In this document: one piece after another, positions 37,608 to 49,716 of the stretch | How positions within the stretch are numbered: the first letter of the stretch is position 1 | Layout: every line of letters starts with the position of its first letter | Source: Schmidtea nova | Lineage: Eukaryota | NCBI GenBank assembly: GCA_044892505.1 | Contig: CM097883.1 | Coordinates: 338,520,001 to 338,584,000, forward strand | Direction of reading: 5' to 3' | Length of the DNA: 64,000 nt | Notes under the pieces: generated by a model | What the model was told of the DNA's origin: nothing | The model's input: the letters and a program-made list of their open reading frames with translations, nothing else | The model's database searches: none | Position numbers and translations under genes: made by a program

Positions 37608-37970
37608 CTTGTTACAGCTGTCACTAAGGTATATATATTCCCTGTTACAGCTGTCACTAAGGTAAACACACACTCTGTTTTTCCGTAACTACTGTTGGTA
37701 ACGTCAAAACACACAAAATTATTATTATTTGTAAATTATTATTTGTAAACAAAAATAATTATTTTTACATTAAATAAAAACTATTGAAACAAATCATAAA
37801 AATATTACACTAATCAAGATGAAAACCATAACGATAAAACCGATTCAAATTTTTGACAACTCATAAAATTTTGAAAATGATTAAACATAATAAACTAAAG
37901 AAATATAAAACTAAATACAATGAAACCAATTATTTGTGACAAAGTTTTATTCATTACAAATCCTTATCTT
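37505..37970 (+). mobile_element. Diverged terminal fragment of a related Polinton
   Basis: AGTAAGGATAAGAAAGCGCACTGAACCACTTTTTTACATAGCAACGGTTGC aligns to 3026-3080. Further collinear matches to ~3550-4050. Confidence 0.75.
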
Positions 37971-38666
37971 ACATATAATCCTTATCTTCAAATTTGTGTG
38001 TAGACCAACTTTTGCGGGAATTAACTGCGTATAAGGTAACTTTGGCGGTAATTAAGTGTGTGTAAATGAACTTTCGTTGGAATAAATCGTGTGGGTTAAC
38101 GAATATTAGCTTGACCTTAAGGTGTGTGTAAATAAATTTTGACTAAAATTTAGTGTTTAAAAAATTATTTTGTTTAGATAAAATTTGGCGGGGATTTCTA
38201 AATAACTTTTATTTTCAATTGCTTTGCGGATATNNNNNNNNNNNNNNNNNNNNNNNNNNNNNNNNNNNNNNNNNNNNNNNNNNNNNNNNNNNNNNNNNNN
38301 NNNNNNNNNNNNNNNNNNNNNNNNNNNNNNNNNNNNNNNNNNNNNNNNNNNNNNNNNNNNNNNNNNNNNNNNNNNNNNNNNNNNNNNNNNNNNNNNNNNN
38401 NNNNNNNNNNNNNNNNNNNNNNNTTTGGTACATTNNNNNNNNNNNNNNNNNNNNNNNNNNNNNNNNNNNNNNNNNNNNNNNNNNNNNNNNNNNNNNNNNN
38501 NNNNNNNNNNNNNNNNNNNNNNNNNNNNNNNNNNNNNNNNNNNNNNNNNNNNNNNNNNNNNNNNNNNNNNNNNNNNNNNNNNNNNNNNNNNNNNNNNNNN
38601 NNNNNNNNNNNNNNNNNNNNNNNNNNNNNNNNNNNNNNNNNNNNNNNNNNNNNNNNNNNNNNNNNN

Positions 38667-39330
38667 TTACTAATGTCTTTGTTAACTTGCATATGCATTG
38701 TATTGTCTTTGTTTAGTTATTTTGGCATTAAATTGTCTTTGTTAAGGGTTTTGTCATGTAATGTCGCTGTTTAAAAAGGGTATAAAATTATATTTCGATC
38801 ATAGCATCGTGTTCATATAGCGAAGACGGTTCAAATGATAAAAAATTTGACCTGGGTACTTGAAATCTTTAAAATTTTTAATTTTGGTACATGAAGTTTT
38901 TTTATTTTTGTTTCAAAATTTTATTTTTCGATCAGACACCTAAAGATAATACCATCGTGTGCGTCTGGCGAAGGCCTTTCTTACGATACCAAATTTGACC
39001 TTGATACTTGTACTTTTTAAATTTTTAAAAAATTATTTAAATTTGAAATGAGTCATCGATTACGTTATATAACTCAAATTTGAAATGAGTCTTCAATGCG
39101 TCGTCGGGTGAGTCGTCGATGAGTCATCAATTTAAACTTTTTTAATTTTTAAAAAAAAATTTTAAATAACTTCTCAAAAAATAGCTGAGTCATCGATGAC
39201 TCCGAAAAACCAAAAAAATTTTCAAAATAATCAAAATTGAGAAAGATTGCTTATTTTTCGATGAGTCATAAAAAATTTTGATGAGTAATCGATGACTAAT
39301 CGATTGGTTAAATAAAAAAATTTTTAAAAA
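38667..39330 (-). mobile_element. Inverted diverged copy of the composite repeat at ~16050-17000
   Basis: Reverse-complement matches to the AACAAAGAC array, the CTATATGAACACGAT block, the GGTGTC..ATC block and the TGACTCA cluster. Confidence 0.75.
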
Positions 39331-41439
39331 ACAGAAAACTGTGAAAAAAAATGAAATAAAAAATAAATAAAAAAAATTTTTAAAAAACAGAAAATGTTTC
39401 GAAAAGAAGGTTAAAAACAGAAAACATTTTGGCATGGTTATTTCCGAGAATAACGAAAGCATATATATTAAAAAACAATTCGAAATGAGATTTTATTTTA
39501 TTAAAGATGACAATAAATCAAAATTTAACTCTTTCTGTTCGGATCATATTTTGGATATATGCGCCCCTACATAATTATTTATTTGGTTCTTATCTGAACC
39601 ATGTAAGAAACTTAATTCCCATGGAATCCAATGTGACCCACTATTACAGTTTACAATTTTATCGCTCTCAATTCTTATCGATACAAATTTATACAATAGA
39701 ATTTTGAATAATTGATAAAGCAGCTTATCTTGTTAGGGCGAAACCCGGTGATGAGATGGAGTCATTTCAATAATCCCCATTTTTTTATATTTATGTAAGC
39801 AGTTCGATATGTCACATGTAGTTTTTTTAATATCAAATGTAGAAAACTCTAATTCTACATTGCTGAATCAATATAGAAGTTTTAATATTGACATTTAATT
39901 AATATATCTAATGCACAATTTGCACTGCCGAAGAAACAATAAAAAATATATTGATATTTAGCTGATAAGGTGTGATTTAACCAGCACAAACGATGCTATT
40001 GTGGATTTGTTTTAATGTTTTGTTATATTATACTATAACATAAATTCTTATTAAATTTTGAATCTTTTTTAGCGGAACAGATTTTGGAAAATAGATGATT
40101 TTATATTATCAACTCTGCGAGGCAAAACTAAATTGTATGAAATATGTATCCCTCATTCTAAATCTATTATATTCCTTAATAATCATTTCAAATTGGTCGA
40201 GATTTTTTTTTATTTAACTCATATTGTTGATAAAGCCTCCTTTCAAATACTTGAAAAGGGATTGAAATAAAAATAAAAGGATAATTTAATAAATTTTCGA
40301 TATAAAATTTTAATTTTAATAAATATTATATTATATTTAAGATATTTTCATTTTGTTTTCAAGATCTTTTTTATTGGTTCACTTGAAAAAGGCAGTGCTG
40401 AAAATTCATATATAATTTATAATATATAAAAAATTGGAAAAGTGGACAGAATAAAAGCTGTTTAATGATAAATATTATATGTGTAACTAAAAATAAAACG
40501 ACTGAAAAAATTTTTTAATTTATAAATCTGATAATAATAAACGAATTCAATAAATTGTATCTTTGTTAGAAAACTAATTATATGAAAATTTAAATTGTTA
40601 TCAATTTCATAATTCGTTTCATAAATTTTCGTCACAGAGACAGTCACTTGTCAAGCTGCCAGGAAATGATATTAGGTTGAGGTTGAATTATGCACTGTCC
40701 AACACCAAAGAGACCAATTCGCTTGCTTGATTAAGTCAACAAGGGAAAGTGGAACGTAATTTTAATTTGCAATAAATTATAACTTCGAATGAAAATATAA
40801 AACATGAAAAATATTTCACTATCGAAATAATTATTTTATTTGAAATTTGTTACAGATATGACATTTCTGAACAAGGACAGGAAGCAAATAATTATATTGC
40901 TACCTGGGAATCTAGATCTGTTTTGAATTATTTGGAATTGCCTTGAAAATCCCGGAATTTTTGAAAATGTTATTTTACTTTATGTGATAAGAATAAAAAT
41001 ATTTAAAATATTATTATAAACTAGTTTGTTACTAACCGCTTTATGGTTGTTAAATACATTTATGATCTGATTTTTAATGATTCGACTACAATATATTAAA
41101 CAATAATAATAAATCACTTGAAAGGAATAATTAAATAGAAATTAAAATAGAACTTATTAATTGGCTTGACTGTAAATTTTATATTTAATAACGATTGAAA
41201 ATTAAAATATAAAATATTTATTGAATGCTTGTGTGTGAATGTTCCTTATTCAATTATTAATTCATCCTTGTAAAAAAATGCTCACAAAAAATAGATATTG
41301 TTTGAATAATATCAAAAATTTGTATTGTGTTTAAAAATATAGTTTTTAGAAATTATGGATTTTCTTAATTTAAGAAACCAAACAAATAATAACCATCAAA
41401 ATTATTCATTTAAAAACTCGGAGAATAATAATTAAAATA

Positions 41440-42275
41440 CAGTAAACCCTCCAACTGCGCAGTTTTTCATTGCGCGGTTTCGCAATTGCGCGGCCAAACC
41501 TTTAATACCAAAATTTCGATCTGCGCGCTAAAAATTTCGTAGCTGCGCGGTTCTTTTTTTTGACGATATTTTACTGTTGACGATATTTTGACACAGTTCG
41601 GCGGTAATAATGATGAAAATGATGAAAGTGAAGAAGATGTACAGATAACAGAAGAGAAAAAGTTTACTACCGAAAAACTATCAAGTTTTTTAAAACTTGG
41701 TAGTCAACTTGAACAGCAAGCTCTTAATATGGACCCTGATATGGAGCGTGCCTTAAAATTTCGGAGAAATCTGACAGCAGCTTTAGCACCATATGCTGAA
41801 ATTTATAAAGAAAAACAAAAAGCTGGTAAGCAATCAGTGTTAACAAGCTTTTTTCCAAAAAATATACAATCACAGCCAATATAATCAAGCTCATCAGCAT
41901 GTAGCAGTGATTAATATAACGTTACTTATGTTAATTTTTATTTATGTTTAGTCGTTGAATTGAAACTGTTTTTTAGTTCTTGTATTGTTTTTTATAATTT
42001 TTATTTATGTTAAATTTTTATTAATTTTTATAATAGTAATATTAATTATGTAAAAGCAATGAATTGAGACTGTTTTTATTAGTTTTTATGTTTATATAAA
42101 TGTAAATATGTATATTAGTCGTTGAATAAAGACTTTTTATTATATTTTTTAATATTTTTGTAATATCTGGAACCTAACCCCATAATTACATATAAAATCG
42201 GGTTCACAGTGCGCGGTTTCGGTTTGCGCGTTGTTTTTGTGGAACGTATCTACCGCGCAGTTGGAGGGTTTACTG
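41440..42275 (+). mobile_element. pogo/Tigger-type deletion derivative
   Basis: Perfect 21-bp TIR CAGTAAACCCTCCAACTGCGC and TA TSDs. ORF remnant 41588-41884 ends YKEKQKAGKQSVLTSFF, like Tigger C-termini. Confidence 0.9.
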
Positions 42276-42284
42276 TATCCCATT

Positions 42285-42461
42285 CTAATAATTTCCATAA
42301 AGACTAGATCACTTGTGTACTTATATTATTATTAAAATTATAATTAGAAATTAATATGTGTACTTATTTAAAGAAATTTTGATCTATAATCTTACCATTA
42401 TGGGAATTATTGATACTAATATTAAAAAAAGATCAAAGGTGAAACAAAAAGATAATTATGA
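42285..42461 (+). mobile_element. Degenerate member of the PLE-derived fold-back family, no hammerhead
   Basis: Right arm GATCTATAATCTTACCATTATGGGAATTATTGATA plus the same tail; degenerate left arm. Confidence 0.65.
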
Positions 42462-45400
42462 TATTATTATATATTTATATATTTATTTTTTAACGTTGTT
42501 TTAATTTACATTGTTACAAACAGACAGACATGCTTTTATCTTTATTATATAGTATTTATATCTATCAGTTTTGACCTTTCCTATTTTCGTCTTTTACATG
42601 CCATAGCTATGACACAGACTATTGCGAGATCTTGAGATCCTGTATTATATGTGAAATAGGACATTAGTTTTGCTGTTGCTTATTGAGTACAATGCAATAA
42701 CAACAACGCTGTAAATAATGTAGGGCCTTGTTCATAATTATTTTTCTTTGTATTTTAAGTGCATTTTAAACGTATATTTTATCTAATTAACATAAATGTG
42801 GATCGTAAGCTTTTGATACAGTCAGTGATTCTCAGTCATTTTTCTTTTATTGGACACTTTTAATGATTCACACATTTGGTTGCACGCCAAGTGTCAAATG
42901 ACGTTCTACTGCAAATAAGACTGTTTATATAGATTATGTCGGAAACCAGTGGGCCGCAAGAGGCCCATAAATATATACTGATTAAGATAAGACAATAATT
43001 TCCATTTAATATTAAAAAATGTTTTTTATTTTAATATGTATGTGATTGACAAATTATTGGACTGTAGTAATTCCAGGCAGTCCTCAGTTTGAAGATGACG
43101 CTTTGATGTAATGATGTCACATTTTTACCTTAGTTCCCACCATACATACCCGTTTAACATGGTACCGGTTTAAAGTTCGTAATACACAATTTTTTAATAT
43201 CAAATATTAATAAGAGTATTTGTCATTATCCTTTATTATACTTTGTATCAGTAACTAGACATTCATTCGCAAAATCTGGGGTCACACTGCAGTGCTTATT
43301 GAGGCATAGTAATTGAGAATGGCTGAACTGTATTTTTAAAAATTTTATTTTCAAAATTTTTGACTTGTCTATATTTGTTAATTATATTACCAACTTAAAC
43401 AAAATATATTTTATGTAATCCGTGAATATGTAGAAGTGAGCCATCGATGAATCATCTTTAAAGAACTAACATCCAGTCATACATGTTGTGACTCGTCGTT
43501 TTCTCTTTGAAATTTTTCAAAGTCACGTCATCCGAACAAGGTTTTGTGAGTCCTATTGTAGGCCAAGGTCATGTAAAAAAGGCTTGGTCATCCCATGAGT
43601 CATAATATAGGTCAAGATCATTAAAATGAAGGAATCTGCAGTTTTTTAAATTTTCGAAAAATTTTGACGATTTTTTTCGCACTTTCTCTTTTATTACACA
43701 CATGTATCTAATCCAGCATTATTGTATGTAAGCGTCTAAACCAATAAAAAGTTTTCTAAGTCAAGACAAAGAGTTTGACCTCTTACTGCTCAAACTAAAG
43801 GTCATATGAAAGATATCTTCAGTGTTTTGGAATCAGGAAAAAATTCTAAGAATATATTTTTTCATATTTAATACTGCAGCTGCAATACTGTAGTCTTTTG
43901 TTAATCACACATTAGTATTGCATTTGCTTTGCACTTGGATTGCATTAATTAAAACAATATACATTTATTTAAACTAAAAACGAATTTAAAATAAAAATTG
44001 GGAATTTAAATATTGATGATTTATTTGCCAAATTTTGATTGAACTTTGACTTAAGATCCTATTTTAGATTTCTAACTTCATTCATTATTAGATTGGGCTG
44101 ATCAATTAAGTATGTTTTTATGGATTTGTGGAATTTTTGAACATGATTATTTAATTTTCATTGTTTTTTTCTTATTTCAAACAATATAAGATTCAAATCA
44201 TTTTTTCTTGTAGCAAGGCTTTGGTTGAATTGTTTTATCTTTATATAATTTCACACGAACTTATCCAGAGTTTCATATGCTATTTCAAATCTATTTTTCA
44301 AATTATTCATTCTTCCTGATAATCTTACTGTAGGAGCTTTCAGTCATTTAGGTCTAGCTACTATATCCAAAACATCTAAAAGCACAGCTGTATTAGGCCA
44401 AACACACCCGGTTTTATTTTGCCCTTGAAGAAAAACAATTATTTTGTTTCCCTTATAATATATTATGAGAAATTAGCTTATTATTAAAATTTTTATTAAT
44501 ATTTTTTGATTTAGCTTATGTTTTAAATTTAGTTTATACTAAAATTACCACATGACTTTGTTAGTCGTGCACTTGTATTGTGATGTTTGTTAACCAATCA
44601 GGTTTATTCATTTGTATTGCATATCAACTGTATGAATATTGTCTTCTAGTAATTATTTTTATTAAAATGAATTAATCTAATTTTATTGTAACATAGCTTA
44701 ATGGGTTAATGTCAAATGAAAAAGAAAATGACATTGTAACAAGTTTACAAACCCTGGTATCTTATGCTGATAAGATAAGAAAGATAATTTAAGCACGAAA
44801 TAATTTCATTTTTAATTATTAATTTTAAAATACTGAAACGTTATATATTTATATTTATATATAATCTTAATTTTGATTGGTTCGTAACTCTGTGAAAGGT
44901 AATTATGTATCCGATACGTGAAATACTAAACATTAGCGGGTTTTATGAGAAAAGAATGATTATAGGAAAAATTAAGCTTTGTTTTTATAAATATGTAATT
45001 ATAATAAATAAAGATATAGTAAAATTAATGTGAATGATGACTATCCTTGAGAGTCAAGCTCATAAATGTATGGCTAAATTGCGTTAACTTTCATTTTCTT
45101 ATGAGGCTCCATGTTTAGCATATTGCTACATTTTGACTTTTGCCTGCTAGAAATTATGTTCCTGCAAATAACTATTAACAAAAAGGATTAAATGATTCAG
45201 CACCTTGTTTGATAATAAATGTAACCAAAAATCAATAAAAGTTTTGAGCATAAAATTTATTAATTTCTTACTCTGATCATTCGAGGATCATTAATCTTCA
45301 TTTCTTTCCTATAGTATCAATAAATATTTTTAGTTAAATTAGACTCATTCTTTAAAAACTTATTAATTATAATAAACTACCGAAAAGTATAAATATATAC

Positions 45401-46477
45401 AAAATAATCATTAAACCATTTAGCTGAAAAAATAATCACGCCACATTTGCTGGATTATTTTTTTCAACAAAAAATATATATTTTGCCTTTTTTATAGATG
45501 AAATTATCATGCAACTGATGTCCAAATATCATACGTATTACTAATATTACAAAAAATCCATTTGTCAATGAAACAGACTATATGAGGTAAGTCACGTGCT
45601 CAAATCGGCATATTGACATTTACCGGCTAGTCTTTGAATAATTATATATTTGAAAATTTTCTTCATTTCAAACGGCAGAAAACTGTTTTATCTATAAAAT
45701 GATTGACGATTTTATAACGAATTCAACTCATAGATGTCACTGATAGCATGAAAAAAATCAAAAACATTTATGTAATCGTCATGACTCTCCTTTTAAAATC
45801 TTTGCCATTTCTTATCTATGTCTTTCACTTGCCATTTCATCAGTCTGTTCCGTCTCATTTTGAGATTATATTTCAATTCAATATAGAGATAGAAATATGT
45901 TTTTATAATTATTATTTAGTGATTAATTTAGTAATGCCTTTCCTACTGCATTCAGTATTTTTCTATTTTCTGTGGTTCCTTGCGTACTTTGGCAATCCTT
46001 CCATAAAGGATTTGGTTATCTTTGAGAGCAAGTATTAATAATCTGATTTTAGATAAGCCCGTCAGTTAAATTAGTTTCATTCTTTAAAAAACTTTAATTC
46101 CAAAATTGATTTTATAATAAATGATACTAAGAAATAATATTTAAGCAAACAAATTATTTAAATAATACAATTAACTTTTTGTTTTATATTTAATAGGAAT
46201 GTTCCCTCGTAATATTGATTATTAGTCAAAAAGAAATGAAAATTAAAAAATTGAAAAAAGATCAATNNNNNNNNNNNNNNNNNNNNNNNNNNNNNNNNNN
46301 NNNNNNNNNNNNNNNNNNNNNNNNNNNNNNNNNNNNNNNNNNNNNNNNNNNNNNNNNNNNNNNNNNNNNNNNNNNNNNNNNNNNNNNNNNNNNNNNNNNN
46401 NNNNNNNNNNNNNNNNNNNNNCCTTTAATTTGAACTGATTAATACAATAAATAGTTGTTTAAAAATGTAAATTTCAC

Positions 46478-46636
46478 CTTATGGCCTACAATTGTCAGAT
46501 AATCAACTCCAAGATCATCAACCGAGATATCAATTTTGCCTAGAGCCTGTCCTGCATCAGAATGCAAAAGAATTTTGTTTTGAAATTGATGCTTATCAGC
46601 ATATTCTCGTAGTGCTTTTGAAATAGATCGAATGGG
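46478..46636 (-). CDS. SCLY: Selenocysteine lyase exon carrying the PLP-binding lysine
   Basis: PIRSISKAL...[32 protein letters not shown]; 159 nt, AG/GT boundaries, joins in phase to FYGPRIG. Confidence 0.9.
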
Positions 46637-46754
46637 CTGATTATATATGAAAATAAAATTACCTATACAAAACTACAAATTTATATCTAAGTAGTAATTC
46701 CAAAAAATAAATAGTTTATTATAGGTATATAGTGTATATAGGTATATATAATTG

Positions 46755-46919
46755 TCATAATTATCTTTTTGTTACACTTTGATCTTTTTTAATATTAATC
46801 TCAATAATTCCCATAATGCTAAGACTATAGATCAAAATTTTTTTGAAAATTTTTTTTGAAAAACTTGTTTGAAAAGATTTTGATCTATAGTCTTACCATT
46901 ATGGGAATTATTGATATTA
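46755..46919 (-). mobile_element. Member of the PLE-derived fold-back family, no hammerhead, 11-bp TSD
   Basis: Tail on the left, ~45-bp inverted arms, and direct repeat ATATATAATTG at 46744-46754 and 46920-46930. Confidence 0.75.
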
Positions 46920-46984
46920 ATATATAATTGTATTTGTTTTAATCAGTTATTACTTACTTAAGAAATCTTTCCACTTACTTTTAA

Positions 46985-47250
46985 ATGTCCATAGGAAGCG
47001 TGCTATATCGCAGTGTCATTCGTTTTCTCTTTATGAATGTCAAGAGTAGAGAAGAAGTCAATACAGAGCGGAGTGTTGTGAGTGTTCATCAGAAGCAACA
47101 ATTTACCATTGGTACAATTACAGCCAAAGTAGCAGAATATTAGTTTATGAAAGCCTTGTGATATCAGGAAAAGCTGGTTAATTCCTGGTTGGTTAATGAA
47201 GGAACAACAAAACTTTAACTATAAAAAAGATGAAGTGCAGTGTGCTAAAA
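46985..47250 (+). pseudogene. Degenerate mariner N-terminal remnant
   Basis: LYRSVIRFLFMNVKSREEV resembles the starts of the other two mariner ORFs in the window. Confidence 0.5.
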
Positions 47251-47484
47251 ATCAAAATCTATATTATATCAAAAATACATCATCTATAAATTAATTTTCA
47301 AGTAAAATAATTTCGAGTACCTATAAAAAGATTTGTGCATTGTGTAAAAAAAACAATTCTTTTTACCAAAATTTTCATATCATCAGAACGAAAACTTGAT
47401 CATCATGTATTGTTATCGAAATTAAATTGTTAGTATGTTTCAGTTAATAGAAAAATCGAAATATTTGAATATCAATAATTTCCT

Positions 47485-47810
47485 AATTTTTTTGACCAAA
47501 AGATTTAGCATTTGTTTTTTAGTCTAGTGGTATTAAGCATATTGAAATTGGTCGAGTAGATTACTCAGAATTTTGAAATTAGTGAAGATCGATAATTGAC
47601 CAATTAGTAATAAAAATTTGAAATTTTTTCTTGAAGAAAAATTGTGAGAAATTATGTTTTAAATAATTTTTCAATCGAGAACCATACCAGAGTTTATCAG
47701 TCCACATCCTTAGAACATCATACAACAAAAATCCACGAAAATCTCAGTATCTCTGTGAAAAACGAATTCAGGTGAAAAAAGCCATGGAAAAAAGCCAAAA
47801 ACAATTTAGA
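47485..47810 (+). repeat. Unclassified repeat, second copy at 63693-64000
   Basis: Collinear direct match, visibly more diverged than the LTR pair. Confidence 0.85.
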
Positions 47811-47859
47811 TAATGTTACAATTATAAATTCATTTAACTCTCCCTTTAAATTTAAGGTC

Positions 47860-49532
47860 AAAATTTATTTTAAAAAATAAAGAGAAACGAACGACAAGAC
47901 GTTAAGCAGTAAAATAACGCAAGGGAAAATAAAAACAGTTAAGTACAATAGTAGTCATACGAACTGCATCTTATAAGTCTGTCGAGATAGGGTTAAAGCG
48001 ATAAAAAGAGGCATCTCAAAGGAGAGCACACAATTTGAGTGCAGGTCGGATTTACACACGAAGGACCGCATGAGAATTGAATGGAGAAGATCAGTGCTTG
48101 TAAAGTGATTATGAAAAGCATGATCAAAGAATAAAATCAGTATCAGAATAAAGAAAATAATTTATTAAAAATTATAGAATAAATTCCTATTGAAATATCG
48201 CAAAAATTAAGAGAGATAGGAATGAAAATAGATTTAAAATTAAATTGTTTTAATCAATAAATGCACAATAAAACAATGGATACACACCTAATTTAATAGA
48301 ATTAAAAACAAATATTTTCGAAATAAATAAATCAAATTATAAAGTTAAATTTATGAAAGATAAATAAATGCTCACTTATTAAAACTAATAAGTAAGTTTA
48401 AATTGTTAATAAATTATGTAAATAACAAATTATGTAAGCGTCAGAAAAATTAGTATAAATAGAGGCTGAAAAATCACAATCTAAACTTACTTGGCATTAA
48501 TTTACTGAGAGCAAAATTTTGGTTTTGATTTCGCCAGTCGTGTGGATCGATTTCGAGAGGGTATTTTTGAGTTATTTGAGTATTTTTGTGTGAGATGTGT
48601 TGGGTAATTTGTTATGTAGTGGTCATAGTAAAGTTTTGAGGCTAATTTTTCCGAAAATAAATATTCGAGGTTGAGTATTATTGTAGTCATTATATAAAAT
48701 TTTTATATAGATATGCTTCCTATGCTGCTAACGCGGCGGGGGAGACAGTCGTCATCGTGGAGCCTCGTTGTTTCACACGGCGGCTGTACCTTTTTATAAT
48801 TTATGTATCGGGGATTTTTTCGGATATTTTTTCGGTTGCACATAATGAATCGTTACACATAGAGAATAGTTTTGGTAATTGCGATAGATTTTGAGGGTTT
48901 CATATAGTGATAGGATTTTTGAGTGTTGAACGATAGGTTTTGAGGTTTGCGCATTTTTCAGCGATAATTTTGGAGTTTTACAGGAATTTTACATCTTAGG
49001 TAGTGATTTAATTTCAGAATTAAGATGTTAGCAAGACGAACTTGATCAATAGATTTTATTACGCATAGCGATGCAACGACATAGCGGTGATTTTGAGTAA
49101 AGGAGATTTTCGAGAGTTTTTATAAATAAATATAATTTTAAGGTGCAGCGCATTATTTTGGGTTTTATATAGCGTAAGGAGTTTCTAGCTAAATAAAATT
49201 TCTATTTAAAAAACGTTTGTTAATTTTTTAAGGAAGTTGAGCGTAGACATTGAGAGAATAACGCGTAAGACCTTCTAGCGGCAGCGGGAACCCGTGAAAA
49301 TAAATGGGGAGTAGTTCCAGCGATCGAGCTCACCTGCCCATCATTTTTCAACCACCGCGCGCAGTTCCAACCTAACTAGATAGGGAATAGTTAGGGGCGT
49401 GCGAGTGAGACGATTTGTTTTTATGTATGGTTATGGGTGAGGCATCCCTAGTATACTTATTTATGATTATTTGTTTAATTATTATTTATTTATTTATTAT
49501 TAATTATTTAAAACCCACCCATAAACCCAGCA
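47860..49532 (+). repeat. 5' LTR (5' end truncated or eroded)
   Basis: Matches 61960-63648 with about 15 substitutions and two small indels counted by eye. Lacks the TGTTGTTAAGCTGG start. Confidence 0.85.
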
Positions 49533-49538
49533 TAAATT

Positions 49539-49556
49539 TGGGGGCTCAGTCGGGAT
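49539..49556 (+). promoter_or_regulatory. Primer-binding site, tRNA-Pro type
   Basis: TGGGGGCTCAGTCGGGAT, close to the classical tRNA-Pro PBS TGGGGGCTCGTCCGGGAT; 6 nt after the LTR CA. Confidence 0.8.
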
Positions 49557-49716
49557 GAAAGTAGTTGTTTATGGGGAAAAGTGAAAAACAAACATAAAGA
49601 AAGAGTTTTGTCGTGCATCATCCACCGGAATTTAAAGCGATTTTTATAGGTAAAAATAAAAACAATAATAAAAAAAAAGAGTGCGTACACCCGCGTGATG
49701 AAAGTGATTGTATTAA

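Noticed and set aside
46637-46662. 26-nt GT..AG segment upstream of the SCLY VGHK exon as a micro-intron
   Set aside because: Shorter than the 43-45-nt introns seen here, and the upstream sequence does not encode the expected NNETG exon.
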